Shown here one piece after another: positions 50,068-60,433 of a DNA stretch of 64,000 bases. How positions within the stretch are numbered: the first letter of the stretch is position 1; the number at the start of each line of letters is the position of its first letter. The position numbers were made by a program, and so were the translations under genes. The notes beneath the pieces were generated by a model. The model was not told where the DNA came from, searched no databases, and worked only from the letters and a program-made list of their open reading frames with translations. Source of the DNA: an uncultured Nitrospinaceae bacterium (lineage in GTDB: Bacteria > UBA8248); NCBI GenBank assembly GCA_964005815.1, contig CAXFSR010000060.1, positions 1,257 to 65,256 of the forward strand, written 5' to 3'.

Positions 50068-50559
50068 ATGAAAAAATCAGATTCTAAAAAAAACAAGATT
50101 CAATATTGGCTAATGAAAAGTGAACCAGAATCATATTCATTCGACGATTTACTCTCTGAGCCAAGTAGTCAGGCTTGTTGGGATGGAGTCCGTAATTATC
50201 AAGCTCGAAATCTGATGATTTCGATGAAAATCGGAGACCAAGCCTTTTTCTATCACTCTAATTGCAAGCCACCACATATCATTGGAATTGTCGAAATAGT
50301 TCGTGAATCATATCCCGATCATACAGCTCTAGATAAAAAATCTATCTACTATGATGCAAAAGCATCTAAAGAAAATCCAAGATGGTTTATGGTAGATGTG
50401 AAACCAATAAAGAGACTAAAAAAAATTGTAACTTTAGAAGAACTCAAATCAAATCCTAAACTAAAAGAAATGCGTGTAACTCAGAAAGGACAAAGGTTGA
50501 GCGTACAGCCTGTAGAGAAAAAAGAATTTGATGAAGTAATCAAAATGTCTAATTTATAG
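50068..50559 (+). CDS. EVE (PUA-like) domain protein
   Basis: 163 aa. YWLMKSEPESYSFDDLL ... WDGVRNYQARNLM hallmark of the EVE domain. Confidence 0.75.
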   Translation: MKKSDSKKNKIQYWLMKSEPESYSFDDLLSEPSSQACWDGVRNYQARNLMISMKIGDQAFFYHSNCKPPHIIGIVEIVRESYPDHTALDKKSIYYDAKASKENPRWFMVDVKPIKRLKKIVTLEELKSNPKLKEMRVTQKGQRLSVQPVEKKEFDEVIKMSNL

Positions 50560-50595
50560 ATAATATTTTTCAATTAATGCTTTGAGGGGAATCAT

Positions 50596-51459
50596 ATGAA
50601 TGAAAAAAATGCCAAATATCGTTTTTTGTTAGTTCAAGCATTCGAGATACCTGGGAAAAGTAAATACTACGCTTCAAGAGCTAATCTTCCAAAAGAAGAA
50701 GCTTTAAGAAATTATAAAGACATTTCGCATTTACTTGAGGACGTAGATTGGGAAATACATCTTGGTGGTGTCCCTCAATATGGTGATTGGGCAGTAGAAA
50801 ATAGAGAAGAGTTTGCATACGCTGCTTCAGCCCGTCTTCCCGCCGTTCGTGAGGCTGCTGAAAGTGGAAAATATAACGGAATAATTCTCTTAGGGGGTGG
50901 TGAACCCGGTTTTCTTGAATCCAGAGAAATTTGCCGAAAAAATAACGTTGTCGTTACATCCTGTGGTTTTTCACAAATGCATATTGCTACCATGCTTGGC
51001 AATAAATTCAGTGTTATAGATTTCGCCGAACCACATAATATGTATTACTACAATCTAGTCGTTCAACATCGCTTTGATAGAAGATGTGCTTCAATAAGAA
51101 ACATTGGTTACTACCATCCAAGACCTGGTTACGACGGGGAACCAGACCTCACTCAAGAAAATATCAAAGCCTTAAACGGTGAACATTCAGATGCAGTTGA
51201 AAGGGCAGTAGAAGAAGCCGAGTCAGCTTTAAAAGAGGATGGCGCTGAAGTTTTAACTTTTGGATGTTCTGGTATGTTTTGGCTTCAACCTTTTTTACAA
51301 AAACGATTATCTGAGTTGGGATGGGAAGTCCCTGTGCTCGAAGGATACAGCTGTTCAATCATGTTAGCAAAAATGATGGTCGATATGGGAATTAATGCAA
51401 GTGGTATTACCTTTCCAGGAGATAGACCTAAGAAAAGCCCTAGAAGAGTACTTTTTTAA
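50596..51459 (+). CDS. Asp/Glu/hydantoin racemase family protein with N-terminal extension
   Basis: GGGEPGFLESREI...VVTSCGFSQ and EVLTFGCSGM align with the two-Cys halves of HyuE-type racemases. The N-terminal extension is about 70 aa. Locally elevated GC. Confidence 0.5.
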   Translation: MNEKNAKYRFLLVQAFEIPGKSKYYASRANLPKEEALRNYKDISHLLEDVDWEIHLGGVPQYGDWAVENREEFAYAASARLPAVREAAESGKYNGIILLGGGEPGFLESREICRKNNVVVTSCGFSQMHIATMLGNKFSVIDFAEPHNMYYYNLVVQHRFDRRCASIRNIGYYHPRPGYDGEPDLTQENIKALNGEHSDAVERAVEEAESALKEDGAEVLTFGCSGMFWLQPFLQKRLSELGWEVPVLEGYSCSIMLAKMMVDMGINASGITFPGDRPKKSPRRVLF

Positions 51460-51479
51460 TAAATACTTAATGATAAATT

Positions 51480-52586
51480 CTATCCTCCAACAGGAGGAGA
51501 GAATTTATCTAAAATTCCTTTTTTTATTTCCAAACCAATACCAGGTTCTTCTGACAGGATCATTTCTCCTTTGTATATTTGATGTTTTATTTCAAAGATA
51601 CATTCCCACCAAGGCATATATTCACACCAAAAATCTTCGTTCTCTTTACTCATTAAATGAGCAGAAACTTCATGAAACAAATGAGAAGTAAGTGTTATAG
51701 AGTATTTTTGAGCTACCTCAGAAACTTTATTCCACCCAGTAATCCCAGAACATCTTTGTAAATCTGGCATTAAAAAATCTACACAATTTTCAGAAAGCAG
51801 TCTAAGCATGCCTCCAACATTATAATTTGTCTCGCCACTACAAATCGGGATTGTACTTTTTTTCCTGATTTCGCTACAAAGAAAATAATCCTCATGATCA
51901 ACGGGTTCTTCAATCCATGTCAAATTAAAAAGTTTTAAACTTTCAATCGCTTCAAATGCTTTTTCTCTACTCCAACCTTGATTTACATCAATCATCAAAT
52001 TCATTTCTTCACCTACGGCTTCTCGAACAGCGATAATTCTATCAATATCCTCCTGTAACTCGTCCTTCCCAACGCGCAATTTCATTCCCTGAAATCCTTG
52101 ACTTTTAAAAAATAACGCCTCTTCTTGCAATTGTTCCAATGAATAGTTTAACCATAATCCTTCACTTGCGTAGCAACGTATGTTTGTCCTCTTTCCACCT
52201 AAATATTTCCAAAGGGGCATATCGAAAATTTTAGAGCTTATATCCCAACAAGCTGTATCTAGGGCAGCAATAGCCATTGCGCTTATCCCATCTCTGCCGA
52301 CAAAACTTACAGAATTTCTCATACAATTCCAATTTTCTTCAAGTTTTGTAGAATCTTTTCCTACTAAAACTCCTGCCAGATCTCTAACCATTGCAACTAT
52401 TGCTCGAGCGCGTTCTGCACCAAAAGCAAAACTCCATCCCAATCCTTCCAAACCGTCTTTCGTCCTAACCTTAACTAGACATGTCTCTACTGACTTCATG
52501 TGAAAAGTCGAAACATAAACAGGTTTTGCAAGAGGAATACTCAAATGAATAGGAGTAACACTTAAAATTTTAGAATCAAAAGACAA
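51480..52586 (-). CDS. mandelate racemase/muconate lactonizing enzyme family (enolase superfamily) protein
   Basis: 368 aa. N-terminal capping domain plus a TIM barrel with conserved KxK and metal-binding acidic positions (MIDVNQGW, WIEEP). Confidence 0.8.
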   Translation of the reverse strand: MSFDSKILSVTPIHLSIPLAKPVYVSTFHMKSVETCLVKVRTKDGLEGLGWSFAFGAERARAIVAMVRDLAGVLVGKDSTKLEENWNCMRNSVSFVGRDGISAMAIAALDTACWDISSKIFDMPLWKYLGGKRTNIRCYASEGLWLNYSLEQLQEEALFFKSQGFQGMKLRVGKDELQEDIDRIIAVREAVGEEMNLMIDVNQGWSREKAFEAIESLKLFNLTWIEEPVDHEDYFLCSEIRKKSTIPICSGETNYNVGGMLRLLSENCVDFLMPDLQRCSGITGWNKVSEVAQKYSITLTSHLFHEVSAHLMSKENEDFWCEYMPWWECIFEIKHQIYKGEMILSEEPGIGLEIKKGILDKFSPPVGG

Positions 52587-52738
52587 AGTTCTACACCTTT
52601 TTTTAAAGTTTGTATCTCATTCTGATTTATTACTGTAAAAAAGATAGATTAAAAGCTAGAAAGATTATAATTATTAATTTGCAAAAAAAACATGCTAACA
52701 TTTAAGTTAGATTTCATTTTTTAATCAGGTACAATTAA

Positions 52739-53509
52739 ATGACCTCTTTAAGACTTCAGAAAATAATTGCACAAGCGGGTGTTGCTTCAAGGCGCAAAGC
52801 TGAAGAGTTTATCTCAAGTGGAGTTGTTAGTGTAAACGGTAAAATCATCCGTTCCTTGGGGACAAAAGCTGAACCCTTAATTGATTCTATTAAGGTAAAT
52901 GGGAAATTAATAACGAAACGAGAAGGGTTACTATATCTAGTCATGCATAAACCTCGTTCTGTTCTAACTACTATGAGTGAAAATGAAGGCGAAACCCGTT
53001 TGCGGATTCCTGACTTTCTCCCAACAAAAAAAGCCAGAGTATTTCCTGTAGGAAGGTTAGATTTTGATGCAAAAGGTACCCTTATTTTGACAAATGATGG
53101 AGAACTAGCAAATCGGTTAATGCATCCAAAATATGAAATACAGAGAGTTTATATGGTAAAAATAGAAGGCATCCCAGACAAAAAAGATCTAGAAAAAATG
53201 GAATCAGGATCCTGGGTAGCCCTTGAAAAGAATAAAGTGGGTAGCCAAAAAAGAAAAACAAAAAAAATTTTAAGAAGCGAAGTTGAAATTCTTCCTAAAA
53301 AAACAAAAAAAAATACATGGCTTAGAATCAAACTTAGAGAAGGCAAAAATCATCAAGTTAAGAGAATGTGTGATGCTGTGGGCCATCCCGTGATACAATT
53401 AAATCGTTATTCATACGCAGGAATTACAATTAAAGGTCTTTTGCCTGGAAAGATAAGACCTCTAAAACCTGAAGAAATCCTAAAATTAAAAAAACTTACT
53501 AACTTATAA
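52739..53509 (+). CDS. rRNA pseudouridine synthase (RsuA/RluB family)
   Basis: N-terminal S4 domain (LRLQKIIAQAGVASRRKAEEFI) and a catalytic GRLD motif. Contains a Lys-rich insertion. Confidence 0.8.
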   Translation: MTSLRLQKIIAQAGVASRRKAEEFISSGVVSVNGKIIRSLGTKAEPLIDSIKVNGKLITKREGLLYLVMHKPRSVLTTMSENEGETRLRIPDFLPTKKARVFPVGRLDFDAKGTLILTNDGELANRLMHPKYEIQRVYMVKIEGIPDKKDLEKMESGSWVALEKNKVGSQKRKTKKILRSEVEILPKKTKKNTWLRIKLREGKNHQVKRMCDAVGHPVIQLNRYSYAGITIKGLLPGKIRPLKPEEILKLKKLTNL

Positions 53510-53626
53510 AATTAAGTTTTCTACGTAATGAAAAAGTATTTTAGTAGGACAGTGTTCTAATTTTAACTAAAAATTTTACAAGAATTAGGATAAAATGATT
53601 TTTTCTAAAAAAATTCGGGTTTCCTT

Positions 53627-54190
53627 ATGAATAAAAATCTTACCTTAGCAAATAAGGTTACACTTGTGAGACTAATTTTGGTCCCCTTATTCGTTATGTC
53701 TATCCTTTATGGATTTAAAGGTTATGCTTTGATTTTCTTTGCAATAGCTAGTATTGCAGACGGTGTAGATGGTTACTTAGCAAGGAGCAGAAACGAAATT
53801 ACATTACTCGGAAGTATCCTAGATCCAGCAGCAGATAAAATTTTAATGCTCACTGCTTTTCTATTATTGTCTTCTTTTAATTATTTGCCCGTTTGGCTTG
53901 CAATATTAGTAATTGGGAGAGACATAGTTCTGGTTTTAGGGTTTTTGATTCTTAGAACAATCACAACCTCTGATACTATAAAACCATCGTTCCTAGGAAA
54001 AACAACAACAGTTTTACAAATGTCTACTATCATTTTTGTACTTCTGGTATCCTTATCATCAGACATAAAAAATCTTGATACTTTGTACATTTTATTTATA
54101 CTTACAGGAATGTTTACCATTGTTTCAGGAATACATTATCTTTTCTTCGTTGGTTTACGTTTAATTGGAAAAGATTTTTTAAAAACTTAA
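53627..54190 (+). CDS. pgsA: CDP-diacylglycerol--glycerol-3-phosphate 3-phosphatidyltransferase
   Basis: CDP-alcohol phosphatidyltransferase motif DGVDGYLAR...G...D...AD. Confidence 0.8.
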   Translation: MNKNLTLANKVTLVRLILVPLFVMSILYGFKGYALIFFAIASIADGVDGYLARSRNEITLLGSILDPAADKILMLTAFLLLSSFNYLPVWLAILVIGRDIVLVLGFLILRTITTSDTIKPSFLGKTTTVLQMSTIIFVLLVSLSSDIKNLDTLYILFILTGMFTIVSGIHYLFFVGLRLIGKDFLKT

Positions 54191-54208
54191 CTTTTTAAAG
54201 AGATTCTC

Positions 54209-55285
54209 TTGGATAAAAACTCTCCATTTATGACCTGGAAAAGATTGTGGCTAGTAATAATTTTTTGTTTTAGTCTATGGGTCATTTTTTCTGCCCGTTC
54301 TGCACTTACTCCTATTATTTTCTCTTTTATTTTCGCTTATGCAACACAACCAATAGTTGAATTTCTTCATGATAGAAAGATACCTCGTGGATTTGGTATT
54401 TTAATAGTTTTGTTTATCTTTGCTTTTTCGTTAGTCCTTCTATTTGTAGGTCTGGCTCCTCAGGTGCAAAACCAGATTGAATCATTTTCAAGTAATATTC
54501 CAAAATATATTAAAATTTTAGAATTGTGGATTTTAAAATTTCTTATGAAATTAAAAATAAGTTCACAGGCAGAATTACAAAAATTCATCTCTGACAATTT
54601 AAATCTAATCGTATCTGTTCCATTCAAAACTCTTCAAGCTTCGGGTAATTTTTTGCTTTCTACTACAAAGGGTATTTTCTCCATAGCTATGAGCATCTTA
54701 TATATAGGTCTTATTCCAGTAATTGTTTTTTATATCGGAAGAGATATGAAAGGAATTTCTCCAATTTGTTTACAATATGTACATCCTGACTATCGAAAAG
54801 AAGTAGAAAAACGTTTTTTCCGTTTGGATGAATTACTGTCTGCCTTTATCAAGGGGCAACTAATTGTAGGAATCATACTTTCTGTACTATATATGTCGGG
54901 TTTTTATTTTATGGATGTCCCCCTTTGGCTTTTACTTGGCATTCTAACAGGCCTTGCAAGTATGTTTCCTTATGTTGAATGGATTATAGCATTTCCTTTA
55001 GTAGTTCTTCTGACTATACTCCAACATCAAGATTGGACTCATTTCTTTGGAGTACTCTTAATTTTTGGGGTTTTATCAAGCTTAACTGGTATGTTCTTAG
55101 TTCCAAAAATTCTTGGAGAAAAAATTGGTTTACATCCGATAGTAATCTTGACTGCAATTTTAGTTGGTGGAGAGTTACTTGGCTTTATAGGGATACTGCT
55201 AGCTGTACCTTTGGCAGCAACAGCAAAAGTAGGCTTAGAAGCAGTCTATGACTATTATATTATCTCAAACGATAAAAATTCATGA
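54209..55285 (+). CDS. AI-2E family (UPF0118/PerM-like) membrane transporter
   Basis: 358 aa, 8 TM helices. C-terminal LLAVPLAATAKV motif. Confidence 0.7.
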   Translation: MDKNSPFMTWKRLWLVIIFCFSLWVIFSARSALTPIIFSFIFAYATQPIVEFLHDRKIPRGFGILIVLFIFAFSLVLLFVGLAPQVQNQIESFSSNIPKYIKILELWILKFLMKLKISSQAELQKFISDNLNLIVSVPFKTLQASGNFLLSTTKGIFSIAMSILYIGLIPVIVFYIGRDMKGISPICLQYVHPDYRKEVEKRFFRLDELLSAFIKGQLIVGIILSVLYMSGFYFMDVPLWLLLGILTGLASMFPYVEWIIAFPLVVLLTILQHQDWTHFFGVLLIFGVLSSLTGMFLVPKILGEKIGLHPIVILTAILVGGELLGFIGILLAVPLAATAKVGLEAVYDYYIISNDKNS

Positions 55286-55804
55286 GGAAATCTTAATTTC
55301 CTGATCGCAAGCTCTTGCCATAAGAAATAATAAATCTGAAAGACGATTTAAGTAAATCATTAAATGTGGATTCTCTATATATCCCTCATCTCGTATTTTG
55401 ACTACCCAACGTTCTCCTCTTCTAATAATTGAAAGTGCAAGGTCAAGTGCTGAACCACAGGCAGATTCTCCAGATATGTACCAATCTTCTATTTTAATAA
55501 CTTTTTCATATCTTTCGATCTGACAATCGATCCATTCCTCCATTTTCTTATTAATTCTTTCCTTAAGTAAAGAATTCTTTCCTCGAAGAGTTGCTAACTC
55601 TGCACTAATCACAAAAATATCTTTCTGTATTTTTAAAATTTCGGGTTTTAACCACTCGGGAGCATTCGTTCGGGCTAATCCAAGAGCTCCTTGAGATTCA
55701 TACATTGCACCATAAGCTTCAACTTGAGGATGATACTTAGAAACTCTGTCTGCAAACCATAAATCAGTTTCTCCATCGTCCCCACGTCTTGTAACAAGAG
55801 ACAT
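55280..55804 (-). CDS. PduO-type ATP:cob(I)alamin adenosyltransferase
   Basis: TRRGDDGETDLWFADRVSKYHPQVEAYGAMYE matches the TRTGDxGxT...RVxK...EAYG N-terminus of MMAB/PduO-type enzymes. Confidence 0.75.
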   Translation of the reverse strand: MSLVTRRGDDGETDLWFADRVSKYHPQVEAYGAMYESQGALGLARTNAPEWLKPEILKIQKDIFVISAELATLRGKNSLLKERINKKMEEWIDCQIERYEKVIKIEDWYISGESACGSALDLALSIIRRGERWVVKIRDEGYIENPHLMIYLNRLSDLLFLMARACDQEIKISS

Positions 55805-55825
55805 ACACTAATTCCTTTCAGTCAT

Positions 55826-56887
55826 TTACAATTTTTTTATAATTTCATTAGCAACAGATTTAGTAGAACCTGAACCCCCTAAATCCGGTGTAGTATTTCC
55901 TGAAGATAAATGCTCACGAACTGAAGCATCCAAACGGGAAGATGCTTTTTCTTCTCCAAGAAATTCAAGCATCATGGAAGCCGAAAAGAGTGTTGCTACA
56001 GGATTTGAAATTCCTTTTCCCATTATGTCTGGGGCAGATCCATGAACAGGTTCAAAAAGCCCTGGAACTTTTCCGTTAGGATTGTAATTCGCACTTGCTG
56101 CAATTCCTAAACCTCCTACAATACCTGCACCAAGATCTGTCAGAATATCTGCAAACAAATTCGTCGATACTACCACATCAAAAATTTCAGGCTTTCTCAC
56201 AAAATCTAAAGCTGCAGCATCTACGAGAAGTTTATTTGTCTGCACTCTTTGATATTTTTTTTGTTTAGAAACTTCGTCGAAAATTTCATCCCATAAAACT
56301 AAAGTATGTCCTTGTGCATTTGATTTTGTCACACTGGTTACATGTTTTTTCCTTTTTAAAGAAGCTTCGAATGATTCTTCAATAATTCTTTTACAACCTA
56401 AACGTGAAAAAATAGCTATTTGAGTCGCAATTTCATTAGGATAGCCTTCATAATGACGCCCTCCCATAGGACTATATTCCCCCTCGGTATTTTCACGAAA
56501 AAAAAGGATGTCTATATCCCCGGGGACGTAATCTCTGAGAGGAGATTTTAAACCTTTATAAAGAATAATTGGTCTCTTATTTACATACAAATCGAAACCT
56601 CTTCTTATCGGCAAAAGCAACTCATTTAGTGTAATATGATCTGGAATATCAGGCCTTCCAACTGCACCTAGAAGTATTGCATCAAACGTTTCTAGAGTAG
56701 TTAAATAATTTTCTGGACACATTTTTCCATGCTTGTGATAGAAATCGCTCCCCCATGGAAATTTCTTAAAATCTAATTTTAATTTTTTTTCAATCCCACA
56801 TAGGGCCTGAAGAACGCGAACAGTTTCACCTATAACTTCAGGACCTATCCCATCGCCGGGAATTAGTCCTATGGAATGCTTTGCCAT
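55826..56887 (-). CDS. tartrate/D-malate dehydrogenase (decarboxylating) family, isopropylmalate-dehydrogenase fold
   Basis: IGLIPGDGIGPEV, GKMCP, FDAILLGAVGRPDIPDHITL and NLFADILTDLG are collinear with YeaU/TtuC-type enzymes. Confidence 0.7.
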   Translation of the reverse strand: MAKHSIGLIPGDGIGPEVIGETVRVLQALCGIEKKLKLDFKKFPWGSDFYHKHGKMCPENYLTTLETFDAILLGAVGRPDIPDHITLNELLLPIRRGFDLYVNKRPIILYKGLKSPLRDYVPGDIDILFFRENTEGEYSPMGGRHYEGYPNEIATQIAIFSRLGCKRIIEESFEASLKRKKHVTSVTKSNAQGHTLVLWDEIFDEVSKQKKYQRVQTNKLLVDAAALDFVRKPEIFDVVVSTNLFADILTDLGAGIVGGLGIAASANYNPNGKVPGLFEPVHGSAPDIMGKGISNPVATLFSASMMLEFLGEEKASSRLDASVREHLSSGNTTPDLGGSGSTKSVANEIIKKL

Positions 56888-57013
56888 ATCAATTTCCTAT
56901 AAGAAACAATTTAAATATTAAGTATATATACCCTTCAATTTATCACAAATTAAGATTATAAATAGATAAATGATTAAAATATTTACTTCTTCTAAATAGG
57001 TTCATTAATAATT

Positions 57014-57709
57014 ATGGAAATTTTTTCAAAAAAAATCATTCCCTCATCTTATGAAGCTGTTTCTGAAATCCAAGATGGATCCATAGTATCAATTGGTGGA
57101 TTTGGAGGGATAGGAATCCCTGAGAACTTATTAGAAGCATTACTGAAACACGATGTGTGTGATCTAACAATAGTTTCGAATCATGCTGGTCAGGGAGAAA
57201 AAGGGTTGTCAGCTTTAATAAAACAAAAAAAAGTAAAAAAACTAATATGTTCTTATGCTTTTCACAAAAATTCTTATATTTTCCGTGATCTTTTTTTATC
57301 TAAAGAAGTAGAGCTTGAACAAGTCCCCCAGGGAACACTTGCGGAAAGATTAAGAGCGGGCGGTGCTGGAATTCCTGCTTTTTATACTAGAACTGCTGTA
57401 GACACAGATTTTGAAAAAGGGAAAGAAACAAGAAATTTCAATGGGGAAAAAACCGTTCTGGAATTTGCTCTGCAAACTGACTTTGCTTTAATTAAATGTT
57501 ATGAAGCAGATAAACTTGGAAATCTAACTTACAGAGGAACTGCAGGAAATTTTAATCCTGTAATGGCAAAAGCCGCAAAAATAACTATTGCAGAAACAGA
57601 GTTATTATTAGAAGCAGGAGAAATCGAACCTGAATCCGTACAAACTCCTAGCGTTTATGTGAATAAAATCGTCGTTGGAGAAAATATTGAGCTTAGATCC
57701 GAAATATAG
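57014..57709 (+). CDS. 3-oxoacid CoA-transferase subunit A
   Basis: IQDGSIVSIGGFGGIGIPE N-terminal motif. Confidence 0.8.
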   Translation: MEIFSKKIIPSSYEAVSEIQDGSIVSIGGFGGIGIPENLLEALLKHDVCDLTIVSNHAGQGEKGLSALIKQKKVKKLICSYAFHKNSYIFRDLFLSKEVELEQVPQGTLAERLRAGGAGIPAFYTRTAVDTDFEKGKETRNFNGEKTVLEFALQTDFALIKCYEADKLGNLTYRGTAGNFNPVMAKAAKITIAETELLLEAGEIEPESVQTPSVYVNKIVVGENIELRSEI

Positions 57710-58379
57710 CGATCTTTTGTTGACTCCAAAAGATATAGCTAAACGTATTGCAAAAGAAATTCCTGATGGATCTACCGTTAACCTCGGCATTGGAATTCCT
57801 ACCCTTGTCGCAAATTACGTCGACCCATTAAAAGGGATTTTATTTATGGCAGAAAACGGAATATTAGGAACTGGACCTAAACCAAAAAAAGGAGAAGAGG
57901 ATTTAAATTATATTAATGCGTCAAGAGAACCCGTAATTCCAATAAAAGGGGCATCAATCTTCGACCATGCTGAAGCGTTTTCTATGATAAGAGGAGGACA
58001 CATTGACATTGCAATTTTGGGTGCTCTTCAAGTATCTGAAAACGGAGATCTTTCGAACTGGACCGTACCTGGAGAAGCCAGAGGTGGAATCGGTGGAGCG
58101 ATGGATTTAGCTAAGGGAGTTAAGGAAGTATATGCTGTGATGAAACATATCACTAAAGATGGGATGCTCAAATTTCTCAAAAAATGCTCTTATCCACTAA
58201 CTGCAAAAAAAGTGGTAACGAAAATTTTTACTGATATGGCACTAATAGAAATTACTGAGAAGGGCCCTATACTCAAGGAAATGGCAACTGGCCTTAATCA
58301 AGAATTGATTGAAAAATTCTCTGAGCCAAAATTAATTATTCCTAGTAAGACAAGTTTCATTTTAAAGGAAGAAGAATAA
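57675..58379 (+). CDS. 3-oxoacid CoA-transferase subunit B
   Basis: VNLGIGIPT and SENGDLSNW (catalytic Glu) motifs. The exact start is uncertain, because the tracked ORF overlaps subunit A by 35 nt. Confidence 0.8.
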   Translation: MEKILSLDPKYSDLLLTPKDIAKRIAKEIPDGSTVNLGIGIPTLVANYVDPLKGILFMAENGILGTGPKPKKGEEDLNYINASREPVIPIKGASIFDHAEAFSMIRGGHIDIAILGALQVSENGDLSNWTVPGEARGGIGGAMDLAKGVKEVYAVMKHITKDGMLKFLKKCSYPLTAKKVVTKIFTDMALIEITEKGPILKEMATGLNQELIEKFSEPKLIIPSKTSFILKEEE

Positions 58380-58442
58380 AACAGAAATACACAAAAAATT
58401 TTCAGGTCATATAGAAAAGAAAATTAAATTGGAGAAATAAAA

Positions 58443-58862
58443 ATGCCCATACATAAAATTTTTGAAATGGAAAAAAATCGAGAAGAATCTACTCCTGAAG
58501 CAGAAATGCAAAGAGTTAAAGGGGAACTAATGAAAGTTGGTATAGTTGTTTATCAAAAAGACAAAGGTGCGCCTCCACATTTTCATCCGAATGATGAACA
58601 ATTTAATTTAATTTTAGAAGGACGTAGAGTAATGATCCTAGACGGCGAAGTAGTATATGCCGAACCCGGTGACTTAATTCATATTCCTAGAAATTCTGTC
58701 CATGGCGGAGGGCAATCTCTCGATGATAAGTGTGTTTTTTTTGCGGCAAAAAGTCCTGCAGGTAGCGGAGTCATGGGAGAAGATTACAACCCTGTTGAAA
58801 ATGCGGAAGAACTTATGCAGTTAGTTGAAGATCGTGTCAGAGAAATTAGAGAAAAAGAATGA
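58443..58862 (+). CDS. cupin-domain protein
   Basis: G(x)5HxH...E...G...H two-motif cupin (PPHFHPNDEQFNLILEG, IHIPRNSVHGG). Confidence 0.7.
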   Translation: MPIHKIFEMEKNREESTPEAEMQRVKGELMKVGIVVYQKDKGAPPHFHPNDEQFNLILEGRRVMILDGEVVYAEPGDLIHIPRNSVHGGGQSLDDKCVFFAAKSPAGSGVMGEDYNPVENAEELMQLVEDRVREIREKE

Positions 58863-58968
58863 AAGTTTATTATAGTTGCAAATCGTAATATAATGGGAAT
58901 TAGCAACGATAATACTTTATTGTAAGTTTTTAGAATTTAAATTTTAATCAATGTAGGAGTTTCCAACC

Positions 58969-59397
58969 ATGGGATATAGTACTGGGAACATAATTGTCAC
59001 AACTTTGCACGTAATATGTGCAATCCTTTCAGTAGGTGGAGTAGCTTTTCTCAGATTTGTAGCATTACCGTTTTCAGAAAGTCTTTCAGATGAAGAAAAA
59101 CAGCGATTTCAATTAACACTCAGAAAACGTTTTGTTCCTATTCTTCATACTTCATTTTTACTTCTTATTTTAACGGGAATACACCATATAACACGCCTTA
59201 TTAGAGAAGGCATGACAATCCCAACTCCACTTATAGTGAAAATAGTTCTCGCTCTGATTATAATTTTTATAGGGATCGCATTAACAATACCAAAAGGATT
59301 TGAAGGTTTAAAGAATAAGAAAAAATCTTGGCTTTCATTCAACTTGCTTCTTGCAACTATTGTTGTCTATCTAGGGATTTCGGTCACGCACGGTTAA
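58969..59397 (+). CDS. hypothetical small membrane protein (4 TM)
   Basis: 142 aa with four hydrophobic segments. No recognisable motif. Confidence 0.4.
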   Translation: MGYSTGNIIVTTLHVICAILSVGGVAFLRFVALPFSESLSDEEKQRFQLTLRKRFVPILHTSFLLLILTGIHHITRLIREGMTIPTPLIVKIVLALIIIFIGIALTIPKGFEGLKNKKKSWLSFNLLLATIVVYLGISVTHG

Positions 59398-59425
59398 AAC
59401 TAATTAATTTTTTTAAGGATTTCAA

Positions 59426-60433
59426 ATGTTTGCAGCTTGGTATGAGAAAAAAGGAAAAGCAAGAGATGTTTATAATATTGGGGAATTAGATAATCCAGAA
59501 CCAATGCCAAATGAGGTCAGAGTTCGTCTTTATGCCTCTGGAGTCAATCATACTGACTGTAAACGAAGATCTGGACATGGTAATGAAGACTGGAATTATG
59601 CGCATCACTTCCCTGACTTTCCAATTATTATTCCAAATAACGATGGTGCAGGAATTGTTGATAAAGTAGGCAGCGATATTTCAGCTTTCTCTATTGGAGA
59701 TAGAGTTTGGGTTTTTAATGCAAGGTACAGAAGAGCATTCGGTACTGCTGCAGAATTTATCACAATTCCTGCAAATCTAATCTCTCCTTTACCAGATAAT
59801 ACTTCATTTATAGAAGGAGCTTGTCTTGGAGTTCCTGCTATGACTGCTCATCGCTGTCTTTATTCAGATGGAGATATCCAAGGGAAAAATATACTAGTAA
59901 CGGGAGGTGCTGGTAGTGTTGGAAACTATGCAGTACAACTTGCAAAACTAGGGAAAGCTAATGTTATAACTACCGTAAGTTCTCCTGAAAAAGGAGAAAA
60001 AGTTTCTATGGCTGATCACATTATTAATTACAGAGAAACAGATGTTGTTTCAGAGGTTATGCGTATTACCGATGGAGAAGGAGTAGACCGGATAGTAGAC
60101 GTAAATTTAGGAGTACATTGGGAAATAAATTATAAAATTCTAAAAGAAAATGGAACTATCACTTCTTACTCTTCCATGGGAAATAGAAACCCTAGTTTCC
60201 CGCACTATGAACTAATGTTAGGCAATGCAAATATTCGTCTAGTAATGATTCACTGTTCTCCTTTTGAGGCTCTTCAAAAAGCAGCGGATGAAATTACAAA
60301 CACACTCAAAACCAATAGCTTGATTCACAACGTTGCTAAATTATTTCCTCTCGACAAAATTCACGAATCTAACGAAGCTGTTGAAAGTGGAAAAATGATT
60401 GGAAATGTAATTATTGAAATAAGTGACAATTAG
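59426..60433 (+). CDS. zinc-type alcohol dehydrogenase/quinone oxidoreductase (MDR) family protein
   Basis: 335 aa. Nucleotide-binding LVTGGAGSVG, GroES-like N-domain. Confidence 0.75.
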   Translation: MFAAWYEKKGKARDVYNIGELDNPEPMPNEVRVRLYASGVNHTDCKRRSGHGNEDWNYAHHFPDFPIIIPNNDGAGIVDKVGSDISAFSIGDRVWVFNARYRRAFGTAAEFITIPANLISPLPDNTSFIEGACLGVPAMTAHRCLYSDGDIQGKNILVTGGAGSVGNYAVQLAKLGKANVITTVSSPEKGEKVSMADHIINYRETDVVSEVMRITDGEGVDRIVDVNLGVHWEINYKILKENGTITSYSSMGNRNPSFPHYELMLGNANIRLVMIHCSPFEALQKAADEITNTLKTNSLIHNVAKLFPLDKIHESNEAVESGKMIGNVIIEISDN

